DNA of 64,000 nucleotides from Antedon mediterranea. Lineage: Eukaryota > Animalia > Echinodermata. The stretch covers positions 19,667,237 through 19,731,236 of the forward strand of contig NC_092672.1 in the NCBI RefSeq assembly GCF_964355755.1. The letters are read 5' to 3'. Positions 39,601 through 50,352 of this stretch are shown in pieces (within the stretch, counting starts at the first letter, position 1; every line of letters starts with the position of its first letter). Under the pieces are notes generated by a model. That model was not told the DNA's origin. It made no database searches and worked only from the letters and a program-made list of their open reading frames with translations. Position numbers and translations under genes: made by a program.

Positions 39601-42600
39601 AACTGCTTTAAATTATCATTTTAAATTTCATTTTACATAAAGCGTTAATCAATTTTAGGTTAGGTGTAGCTTTATTTATTTATTTTTAAATCAGTATGAT
39701 ACTTATTGACTTTTATATTTCAGTTTTCTCAGGGAAGAGTTAAATTACAATTTAATTTAACTCTTCCCTGGTTTTCTTGTAATTTTAATGGTACACTATC
39801 ATTATGCTCATTTTTATTTGGTTCTCAACTCTTTATCGACTGTTCTTATTCTATTTTCTTCTTTATCTGTTGATGATAATGATGATGAATATAGAAAATT
39901 TGATATATTGATATGATTTAAAAATGCTGATTTTGTATATTTAAATAAAATAAAGGTGCTTCTTCTAGCGATGTTTCTTAGGACCATAACAGTACATAGA
40001 TGTTTTTACATTTGAGAATGACATGTGTATCTTACTGTACTTTATTAAAGATAAACATAATAATTACCAAATGCTTCAAGAATAGGATTTGAGTCTAATA
40101 TTCTACGTTCAATGCAATCTGCTGGTGATGGTGTAAAACCACTATGAACAAAAAAGACAACAAGTTATCACAAATAAGTAACAAAACAGAGACAAATCTA
40201 TAATTATGATGAAATAAAAACTGTAATTTTACATACATGAGAGTGTTTAATGATATTAAATTAAATGTGTTTATTTTTATTACCCAGGGTTACATACTGC
40301 CACCATTGTCAGATATTTTAGTAAACATCTTGCATTCCATGTCTGTAATAAAACAATAATAAATAACAGAGAATAACAAACGTTTTTGTATTTTCACAAA
40401 AAATATTGACTAAACTGCCTTTGTGAAAATGGGTTGCCAACATTCCCTCTTTTAGTTAGGGAAAATCAGCACCAAACCTAGAAAAAATTATTTACAAAGC
40501 GATTTTTATGGGAAAACCTTTATATGAATCTAAAATACCACCAAAAAAAAGTTCTAAGGATTTGGCCCATGGGAAACTTTTTTTTGGCGCCATTTTCAAA
40601 ATGGCCGCTTACAACTTGACATGCTTGTATCTTGGTAACCATTAATCATGGAGACTTGGTTTTGGTCTTAAATTGTTTAGAAGATACATATTCCTATTCT
40701 TCATAATGAAACATTTTGTCCAAGTGACCAGAAATGATATTTCTGACGTTTTGACCTTTGACCTCAGCTTATTATATCTCAATAACTACTGGTTGCATAA
40801 TCTTCATATTGGTCTCAAATTGTTAAGAACATGTATGTTCCTATTTGGTATAATGGAGCATTATGTACAATTGTGACAAGAAGTATGGTTTTATTAACTT
40901 TTAACCTTATATGTGAAAAGAGCACCAAACTTGAGAAAAAAATCACATTTTAACTGTTTTTGAGGGTGGGGGAGGGGATTATTCATCATGTAATAACACC
41001 GAAACTTGGATATTGCTCCCAGTCGTTTACTTACTAAAGATTCCTTATTATTGGTAATAGTTTAAAATCTACATGTAATTATAGACGTACAATGATATTA
41101 TTTTTACCAAATAATCAACTTTATTTAAAACATACACCGTCACTTAGGCGAAAGCTGATGATTTTTTTTTGTTGAGACTAGCCAGATTATTACTGTGTTA
41201 GTAAAGCCTAGGTGTCTTCATCAGAAAAATCATGGTCACTTAATGAAAAGTTACATGAGCCATTTTCACATTTGCCCATACATGACCCACATGCACTTAA
41301 GCATTTAAGCTTATACTCTTTCTACAATTACATCTATTCGTTGTACACATCTCATTACCATTTCCAGATTTACAGATAAACTTTAAGAGTGACATAGGAG
41401 CATATTCGTCTAATGTTGGGACTGGTGTTAGTTCACCATTGATGTTTTTCCAACCGTATTTGGTGGCATCAATTTCATGATGTGCTTATTTCCTCCAGTC
41501 CAGTACTTGAAACCATACCCTCAATGAGTGCTGTAGGATGGCACCTTCAGTTGGAGGTAGACGCTCAATGGTTAAGCTACCCTTCGCTACCATTTTGGAG
41601 TACATACGTACTCCTAATGTTGTCATGTCTTCACTGAATGCATGAATTAATAATATTTACTTAAGAACAGTCTTAGGTAGTTTCTCTTGTATTTCTAACA
41701 TATTATACATAGTTAATTTTGTTTTAAGATAGATGTTATTTCCCTTATTCCAGTGAACCAGCATAACCAAAATGTCCGTGTCCTCTGCTACAACCACCAT
41801 ATTGGAACTTAGTTCGGTTGATTGTATTGCACGTTCAACTATGAGCATGTCAGCATCTGAATCAGCATGGTAAACATTAACTCCATCCTCGGCTAAAGTC
41901 GATCCTAATAAGTTAATTAGTTCTTGCTTATTTTTCAAATTTGAAAGAAACTTTGTCTTTTGGACAATACATCTTTGGTTTGTTGACACCTTATAATTGG
42001 CACATTTAATCTTTGTTCTGCGTTTGTGTTCATGGTCTTTTATTGATGCATGTGTGTAAGTGTCAAAAATGACTTCTACTGTTCCTGCCTGGAAATTCTT
42101 TTTGATATAATTACTGTAGGATTTAATTATATCTAGGAATTTTGAATTTGGAGTCCATGGAATCTGATGTATCAACCATCCTCCATCTATAACGTACACA
42201 CTGGGTTGGATTGTTGATGTTTGAACACTGGCTGACTCAGACATGGTTTTGAGATAGTTCCCAAGTGACGTCTTGTCAGGCTTCCGTAAAAATCCAGAGG
42301 TATCATACAGGGATGTTGGTAGAGGTGTCAGTTCATATTTAAATGTTTCACGTAGTGAAAAGTTATCACGTTCACTGAGAAGGACAAGTCTTGTAAATAG
42401 GGTTGTATTGTTGACATAAGCATTCTTTCCTCCAACTTTCACACATTTTTGTAGACATGATAATGGTTTAATGTTTCGTGTAGACATTCTGTGATTCAGA
42501 GGTTTAGCATCTACTTGTTTCTGTATGGTGAGACCTATATTGTAGCCATTGTCACAATTTACTTTGTTGACGAATTCAGTGGATAAACCTGTCGACAGTG

Positions 42601-45600
42601 AAACGATGATTTTACTATTCTGTGGATCTTCAAATGGAGAACGTTCATTGAACCAATTGAGTACTTGACCGAAGGTAGATGTGTCAATTTTCATTGCACT
42701 TTGTGAGCATTCTTTGTGTGGCAGGTTTGGAGTGTTTCCTTTGTCTTCTAGTAGGTGATGGATCTCAGAAAAATGATTCAAAGTCAGTACCCAAGGCAGG
42801 TATGTTGCTCCGCTTGTAGTTGAAGTACCCCTCATCCGGCCCATAGACAAACCGCCCTGTGATTTTGAATGTCTCATAAGGGTCTGTTCAATTGCTATGT
42901 CACTCCATACACCTGCCCACTGTTTTTCGTTATATCTGATGGTATGATCCCCATTGCAGAATATCGCCCATGTGGCAGGATCATCTTTTTTCAGCTGCAA
43001 CATAGTCGTCTGAAGGTATATACGGCTGCCTTTGTCTAATGTGTGTTGCTTCTGTATACATAAACAAATATTCTATTTAAGCTTACCAAAATTGCATTTG
43101 ATGATATGCTGTTGCTGCACTCTTTCTAACAAACATTTGAAATGTAGCCTGCTAGATGGCGCTTCCTGATTGGTCAAAAAGTTTAGCCTATGTATAGCCA
43201 TGTGGTGGCGGTGTTAATACTTGAATTATATTATTAATATTAATTGAATAATATTGGTTAATTGGGTTCAACGGTCAATAAATGGTATTTCTACTTGCTT
43301 TAAAGAAAAATGTGTCATTACTGCAAATATAAAGTTGTACATTATAAACAAATTAAGACCAAAACCAACTCTCTAGGTCAAATAGTTATGTAGCTATGAA
43401 ACTTCCGGTCAAGAAAGGTCAAAGGTCAGAAATAGCATTGCTGGTAATTTTTTAGAAAAATATTCCATTATTGCAAATAGGAAATTGTACATTGCGAACA
43501 ATTTGAGACTAAAATTAAGCATCTACACTGTGTGGTTAATGAAGTACTAACTCGTTACTAAAAATAGATTGACCTTTGTATAAAAGGTCATAACTCCTTC
43601 CCCCATAGAGAAAATCACTAGAACTTTTTTTTGGTGACCCCTGGGACTTATATGTTAAGTTTGATGATAAAAATCCTTTGTAAATAATTTTTTCCAGGTT
43701 TGGTTCAAAAATGACGTTTTTAACCCTAACTATTTGCACGTCTGGCAAGCATTTAGTGACATTCAATAAATGCTGATTTTGTAACAGTGTCCTTTGAAAC
43801 AGTAAAAACAAATTATAGCACTCTCTATTACTTGTCCATGCTTTTAGCCTCTCTATTTTTATTCAAGTTTAGGTCTCTCTATTATTTCAAAATAAACAAG
43901 AAATGGTTTTAAAGGTAAAAAATTGACTCTGATTACATTGGTGAAAACAAATGTAAAACTGAAATTGTTGAATTACCTTTCCAGAACCACTTTCACCGCT
44001 GACAATTATTGACTGATTAATCTTGTCTAGTCTTCTAGTAAGATTACACAAAGCTGTTTCTGCAATTCCAAATATATGTGGTGGGTGTGCCTGAAAAAAA
44101 ATAAAATAAAAAGATGTATATTCCCCAAAAAATCATGAAAATGAGGATTAATAAAATCAAGCCATTTTGCTGTTTTAAAAAAGTTATTCATTTTAAAGAA
44201 ATAAAAACAAACAAATATAGTGTTTTTACTTTAAAAAAAGACAAAATTAATGGTTAAACTTAACCAAATGTTAAAAAATTACAGTTTTTCAGGTAAATAA
44301 TGTTTTTTTTCCCAATTTTTGGTCAAAGTGAATAACTACAGTATTATGTGACATAAAATAGCATATTCAGCAAAACAATTATCTTTTCAGAGGAGCTCTG
44401 CATATATCTCTAAGTTCTCACTTCTAAGTGCAACTGAGGACATATTAATATTTTTGCCCAATATTGAAGATAAAGTGATGTCAAGATTTTAATAGTGATG
44501 TCACGAACATATAAATTTTCCTAAAAATCAATAGTATACTAGCGAATTATTGTTTACCTTTTGATCACTATGGTAACGATGAATCATATGAACATCAAAA
44601 TGTCCAGTTTCTTTGAAAGGATTTAAAGTAACAAGGGTGTTGCCAGTCTGAGTGTGGTATCTACCAGCTAAGTAGCGCTCACGTAAACAGTTCAGCACTA
44701 TGAACAGAAAACATTAGAAGTAACAAGTGTGTTGCCAGTCTGAGTGTGGTATCTACCAGCTAAGTACCGCTCATGTAAACAGTTCAGCACTATGAACAGA
44801 AAACATTTTGTTAAGTAACAAGTGTGTTGCCAGTCTGAGTGTGGTATCTACCAGCTAAGTACCGCTCATGTAAACAGTTCAGCACTATGAACAGAAAACA
44901 TTTTGTTAAGTAACAAGTGTGTTGCCAGTCTGAGTGTGGTATCTACCAGCTAAGTACCGCTCATGTAAACAGTTCAGCACTATGAACAGAAAACATTTTG
45001 TTAAGTAACAAGTGTGTTGCCAGTCTGAGTGTGGTATCTACCAGCTAAGTACCGCTCACATAAACAGTTCAGCACTATGAACAGAAAACATTAGAAGTAA
45101 CAAGTGTGTTGCCAGTCTAAGTGTGGTATCTACCAGCTAAGTACTGCTCAAGTGTGTTGCCAATATTTTGTCAAATTTTCTTCAAATTATTCGCTGTTCT
45201 ACTCTAAAAATGTATTACTGAACTATACATTTTATTTTAAAGTGAGTATTTAATTTGGAAAAATTTGAAGGAAAATGTTGGATTCATCCAAATTGTGGTC
45301 TTTGATCTCTAATTAGTTAGAGGGAGGCAACAGCTATTGGTAAAAAATAGGTGATCATCTGGCTTTAAATTAGATTGAGCTTTTAATTAAAGGGGTCTTT
45401 AATAGAAGGAAGACCTGTATAGTACTAACAACCATTGAAACATGTGTCTACTATTAATTCACTTACCAGCAGGTTCTGAGAGAGGATTAATCAAGACAAG
45501 ATCATCTGTATTGATCCAATCTGTTTGAGTACACAGCACTGGATAGCCAGCATGACCACGTATCACAACCTCCTAGACAATAAAGTTACAAGCAATATTT

Positions 45601-47764
45601 AAAATACATTATATAGAATACTTAGTAGCAAGGTTGGGTTGTTGACATAGATGGTATGCTTCCCTCCCCTCCTTACCTCACAATTATATTTTGTGTCTAT
45701 AATCTTGCCATTACTAAAACATGAATCAACACACGCTGGAACCCAAACCTCTTACCTGGCCATTAGATTTAGTGACTATAATCTTGCCATCACTAAAACA
45801 TGAATCAACACATGCTGGAACCCAAACCTCTTACCTGGCCATTCGATTTAGTGACTATAATCTTGCCATCACTAAAACATGAATTAACACATGCTGGAAC
45901 CCATACCTCTTACCTGGCCATTCGATTTAGTGACTATAATTTTGCCATCACTAAAACATGAATTAACACACGCTGGAACCCAAACCTCTTACCTGGCCAT
46001 TAGATTTAGTGACTATAATCTTGCCATCACTAAACATGAATTAACACACGCTGGAACCCAAACCTCTTACCTGGCCATTAGATTTAGTCACTATAATCTT
46101 GCCATCACTAAAACATGAATCAACACATGCTGGAACCCAAACCTCTTACCTGGCCATTAGATTTAGTGACTATAATCTTGCCATCACTAAAACATGAATT
46201 AACACATGCTGGAACCCAAACCTCTTACCTGGCCATTCGATTTAGTGACTATAATCTTGCCATCACTAAAACATGAATTAACACACGCTGGAACCCAAAC
46301 CTCTTACCTGGCCATTAGATTTAGTGACTATAATCTTGCCATCACTAAACATGAATTAACACACGCTGGAACCCAAACCTCTTACCTGGCCATTAGATTT
46401 AGTCACTATAATCTTGCCATCACTAAAACATGAATCAACACACACTGGAACCCAAACCTCTTACCTGGCCATTAGATTTAGTGACTGTAATCTTGCCATC
46501 ACTAAAACATGAATTAACACATGCTGGAACCCAAACCTCTTACCTGGTCATTAGATTTAGTGATTATAATCTTGCCATCACTAAAACATGAATCAACACA
46601 CACTGGAACCAAAACCTCTTACCTGGCCATTATATTTAGTGACTATAATCTTGTCATCACTAAAACATGAATTAACACACGCTGGACCCCAAACCTCTTA
46701 CCTGGCCATTAGATTTAGTGACTATAAACTTGCCATCACTAAAACATGAATTAACACACGCTGGAACCCAAACCTCTTACCTGGCCATTAGATTTAGTGA
46801 CTATAATCTTGCCATCACTAAAACATGAACTAACACACGCTGGAACCCAAACCTCTTACCTGGCCATTATATTTAGTGACTATAATCTTGCCATCACTAA
46901 AACATGAATTAACACACGCTGGAACCCAAACCTCTTTTTCATCATGTATCCACACCATTAACCCCTGAAAGTACAGTAAACAGTTCATTATTCAATTCAA
47001 TCAACTTTTATTATCCACAATCTGATTCTTTTGGTTGTGGCAGACTCACAAATGTAAACAAACATTTAAAACAAACATTTAAAATACACATGTATACAAA
47101 TTATTGCTAAAGAGTAATTTTTGTAAAGTCTAACAGCTTTCATAATAAATTATTCATTTGGAGCTTTGAGGACTAAAATATGTATTGAAAAGAGGATGTG
47201 TTTCATTTTGAAGGATCTAATAGTAATTATTCTGTATATAATTCTTTATGTTAAAACCATTCATGAATACGTACATGTGTGACGTTTCAACTTGTTTTTA
47301 ACAAGTCAGGCAATGACTATTTGTAATTTGTAATAGTCTGTGATTTTCCGAAGTTCTTTGCCTTTTTAGGGGGCGCTAATCTACAACTAGCAAAGCTACA
47401 GTACTCCTAGCAACTACTAACATATCTAGTCAGTTGCCAGATGAAGACTTATTAAAAACAAGTTGAAACGTTGCACATGTACGTATTATTTTTAAACAAT
47501 CTACTGACTTAAAGAAGGGCTAGACAGATGGAATTAGTAAATTAACCAGCCATGTGTGGGCAACCATTTCATTCCATGTTTTAATACCCTATGAATAACT
47601 GTGACAAGTGTTAGAATGTTCACTTTAGGTCTACTAAAGTAGGCCTACTACAGTATCATGACAGAGAGAATATCAACAGCATTTTCCTTTACCTTTTTGA
47701 AACGACATGCTGGTTTCTTTTTAACTTGTGGTGGAATGCATCTAGGCCTAGATTTAGTAATAAT
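27690..47764 (-). CDS. MYO19: Unconventional myosin XIX (22 exons, about 1088 codons; start codon not fixed)
   Basis: GT-AG exons join in frame: 47764-47693, 46964-46860, 45572-45467, 44697-44558, 44090-43977, 40342-40284, 40141-40068, 39255-39186, 39021-38919, 38277-38089, 37485-37398, 36836-36650, 36172-35983, 35630-35520, 34753-34577, 33655-33563, 32361-32308, 31780-31602, 30080-29891, 29105-28979, 28879-28737, 28382-27690. P-loop GESGSGKT, switch [10 protein letters not shown], switch II DVYGFE, three IQ-like motifs; class-19-like [27 protein letters not shown]. Start may be ATG at 46958 or an upstream exon (ATG|gt at 51567-51565); true C-terminus is tentative. Confidence 0.88.
29644..29754. 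repeat. 36-bp tandem repeat x3, intronic
   Basis: gcctaagtaataagactgcctagttcaccttacctt at 29644, 29680, 29716. Confidence 0.9.
30122..30671. repeat. 77-bp minisatellite, about 7 copies
   Basis: actggcaagtatgttagtaggtgtt... recurs at 30131, 30208, etc. Confidence 0.95.
30771..30834 (-). pseudogene. Degenerate tRNA-derived sequence (SINE head or pseudo-tRNA)
   Basis: A-box AGTGGTCTAATGG and B-box GGGTTTGAATC, GCCCC/GGAGGC ends, anticodon arm largely deleted; flanked by 10-bp inverted repeat ctataccgcc/ggcggtatag (30686, 30876). Confidence 0.6.
30975..31145 (-). mobile_element. Penelope-like element fragment in a (TA)n tract with a minimal hammerhead ribozyme motif
   Basis: Minus strand TTGCA-CCGATGA-A-GGGC(tagtgtt)GCCC-GAAA-GCTC-TGCTAA at 31141-31100; (TA)n on both sides. 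Confidence 0.62.
31320..31642. repeat. About 128-bp duplications containing the exon 3' end and donor of MYO19 exon 31780-31602
   Basis: tgtaagct(g/a)acctggtagggaagcctgttgcactgatc at 31334, 31462, 31591. Confidence 0.9.
32531..33536. repeat. 22-bp minisatellite (two 11-bp subunits), about 45 copies
   Basis: tgttagtatgg-tgttactaca(t/g) repeated. Confidence 0.95.
35398..35586. repeat. 78/83-bp duplications of the 3' half and donor of MYO19 exon 35630-35520
   Basis: aacatcaa(g/a)acatgttttattgt at 35398, 35476, 35559; second aacacttac donor at about 35428. Confidence 0.88.
37682..37929. repeat. 77-bp tandem repeat x3
   Basis: agttcactgatgtttactgtcc... at 37682, 37759, 37836, partial at 37914. 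Confidence 0.92.
37929..38140. repeat. 81-84-bp duplications of the 3' end and donor of MYO19 exon 38277-38089
   Basis: ataattcttgttgctgtgac at about 37929, 38013, 38094; duplicate tttcttac donor near 38007. Confidence 0.88.
39730..39770. mobile_element. 41-bp palindromic micro-MITE with 7-bp TSD (P-superfamily-like ends)
   Basis: CAGGGAAGAGTTAAATTA-caatt-TAATTTAACTCTTCCCTG flanked by gttttct on both sides. Confidence 0.75.
40453..43732 (-). mobile_element. Second AcademX-type DNA transposon (different family), in the MYO19 P-loop intron
   Basis: TAGTTAGGG...CCCTAACTA termini, 3-bp TSD ttt, subterminal inverted repeat accaaacctagaaaaaattatttacaaag / ctttgtaaataattttttccaggtttggt. Confidence 0.83.
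41240..43035 (-). pseudogene. Truncated Academ transposase + XPG-like nuclease + Cys-rich tail (open 41657-43003)
   Basis: [44 protein letters not shown]; downstream broken frame [19 protein letters not shown] and Cys-rich segment. Confidence 0.82.
44626..45162. repeat. 92-95-bp tandem repeat containing the acceptor and 5' half of MYO19 exon 44697-44558
   Basis: aagtaacaag at 44626, 44718, 44813, 44908, 45003, 45095; five copies of the acceptor ttttctgttcatag. Confidence 0.93.
45698..46935. repeat. 79-bp tandem repeat (about 15.5 copies) containing the 3' part and donor of MYO19 exon 46964-46860
   Basis: acctcttacctggccattagatttagtgactataatcttgccatcactaaaacatgaattaacacacgctggaacccaa; each unit has CAG|GTAAGA on the minus strand. 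Confidence 0.95.
47266..47487. mobile_element. Inverted pair of Penelope-like pseudo-LTR fragments with degenerate hammerhead motifs
   Basis: Right arm cagatgaag-actt...aagt-tgaaacgtt; left arm is its reverse complement with a deletion in the core. Confidence 0.5.
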
Positions 47765-48413
47765 CTGAAAAAAATAGCGAAATGCTAAATTTTTACAAAC
47801 AAATTTTTATGAACATATAACCACTTGTGACCTAGCCTAGGCCTAGCTAGGAATTTAAATGGTTATTTGGCCCTATATACTACTATTATAGCCTAGACAG
47901 GCCTGCCTACAGTACTAAGTACTAGGAACAGCTAGGCTAGGCTTTTGCAGAAAAGTGTAGTCGGTCTGATTTGATTTGAGTTGATTAGAAAATCATCATA
48001 AAAGATTTTGCAGGATAGCCCAAAAAGCTTAGGCCTAAATAAACATTCATCCCTTATAGTACCAAACAAATATTGACCACAACCAGCAATCAGCAATGCT
48101 CCATACCGAACACCCGATTTTATCGGAACCAAAATAAAACGTTATCGATTTTACCATATCAAACATAAAACTACCGCATTGGGCCCTGTGCTAATACGAT
48201 CGGGCCCAGCAAATGAGACGATAGAGACCAAACTGGTTCCTAACACATGAGACGATCAGGCCAACGCATGAGACGATCGGGCCAACGCATGAGACGATCG
48301 GGACCACATTTTCTGGGCCCAAGACGATCGGGCAGCAAATAAAAACATTTTACTGTGATAACCGGCCTAGACTTAGGTTAGGCCTAATATCCCATATAGT
48401 AATACTGTAATAC

Positions 48414-49521
48414 GATTTCGATCCAAGTCGGCCCTAAACCGTCTCGGCCAAAGTCAAGTCGGCCCCAAGTAAACCCCAAGTCAAGTCGGCCCCCCGTCAA
48501 GTTGGCCTCAAGTCAACTCGGCCTCAAGTCAACTCGGCCTCAAGTCAACTCGGCCTCACGTCAACTCAGCCAAAAAATAATCGGTCAACTCGGCCCCATT
48601 AAAGTATGGAACGCAAAAAGTGCAAATGAAGGGGATTGATAAAATAATATTTCTTCACAATTTTTTAACTATGAATAATTCTGACTTTTAATGAATATTA
48701 ATATTTAGAGAATAATATATTTAGCAAAAAAAATAGGAATGATTTCACCAACTTTCCTTTATTTACGTTTAATAAAATTTCAAATTGCACAATTGAAAAC
48801 AATTCGTAGCTGCGCCTCCCTGTGCGTTTGGCAGCTTTTTCGATATCTACAACTGCTATGTGTTTTCGCTGACCGGGGGTCGGGGGATTCCCCTTTTTTA
48901 AAAACGCAAAGCATGGACAAAAACGATGTACGATCATTTTTTCTATGGCCAAATGTGATGGAACGTAGGCCTCCGTCTTCGATTTACTAAATCATAAATG
49001 CAATAGGCCTACCTGCACATGTTTTTGTAACACGCGGGTACTTCTATTCATATCGGCAATGAGTTCACAGGGAAAAATTTCATTTGAAAATTTTGTTTAG
49101 CAAAATTGCTAATCAAACTGATTTTTTACTAATTAGTCAAGAAAGATAGTTTTGTATTGTATTTTTTGCTACACAATTGTAGAAATGTGTAGCAAAAAGG
49201 TTGTTTTGTATAGCTTTTTGCTATGCTACACTGGCGAAATTATTCCCTGGTTCATTTTTTTATATGATATTATTATATTATATTTTTTATTTCTTCATTT
49301 TTTAGAGTGGATAGGCCTAGGCCTAGTAATAATCATAATAACATTAAGTACTTTTTGCGTTCCATACTTTAATATTGTGGCCGAGTTGCAGTTGACCGAT
49401 TAGTTTTTGGCCGAGTTGATGTGAGGCCGAGTTGACTTGAGGCCGAGTTGACTTGGGGCCGACTTGACGTGGGGCCGACTTGACTTTGGCCGAGACGGTT
49501 GGGGCCGACTTGACCTGCACC
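48414..49521. mobile_element. Non-autonomous foldback/MULE-like element with modular TIRs
   Basis: Arrays of gtcaa(g/c)tcggcc at left, ggccga(g/c)ttgac at right; inner IR taaagtatggaacgcaaaaagt; imperfect 9-bp flanks ctgtaatac/caataatac. Confidence 0.75.
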
Positions 49522-50352
49522 CAATAATACCCTACCCAGGCCTACCTACCTAGCCTAGGCTACTAGCTAGGCTATATAGCCTACTAGGCTAGGAGTATAG
49601 AGGCTAGGCCTACTAGGCTAGCCTGGATAAACAATGCAAGCAAGCCTGACGTTCCATACTAAATACATGCGGCCGAACTCGTTGGCGGCCGAACACGACG
49701 GTATTCCTACATGGTGGTGGCACAAAAAAGTTTTCAGGAATTATGACTGTTAGTGTTGACATATTTTGAACTTTAGTTCCCGGTAATATTTTACATATTT
49801 TATGGTAAAGTTAAGCTATCAGTGACTTTTGTAAAGGATAACAATAGGCCATTCCAACAATACAGGTGCCTAAGCCTACTAATAATTATTAAGCTAATAA
49901 GACAAGAATGATTTTAGCCTTAGGCTACTATAGTAAGCTGTGTAGTAAGTACTGTATGTAGGCTAAAGTTAAGCCCCCGATCCGGCCTCACTATGGCCTA
50001 GCTAGCTGAGATTTAGGTACCTGTCTTTCTGTAACAGCAGTCTATCACAGCTTTTCCGACTGGCGAGGTATGCAAGACTTGATAATTTTAAGATTGAATG
50101 CCTACAACTTAAGCAATAAATCTGTTTAATATCTTGGTAGCAAAAATGATACATTAGTTACTATACAGTGTGTGCCGCAATATTTTGGTATGACCCACTA
50201 TACGACAAGATTACATGGTTTTGTATATATTTTGTTCTCTAATTTTTTTAATTCCACAATTTTTCCAGTCATCATCTTAATTTTGTAAAGCTCGGTTTAA
50301 TACCTTTAGCAGAGGCATCATTTTTTACATTTGTTTCTTGAAGGTATTTGTA

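Noticed and set aside
49067-49250. CAGGG...CCCTG P-like MITE inside the foldback element
   Set aside because: Short TIR and only 5 bp of flanking match; insufficient.
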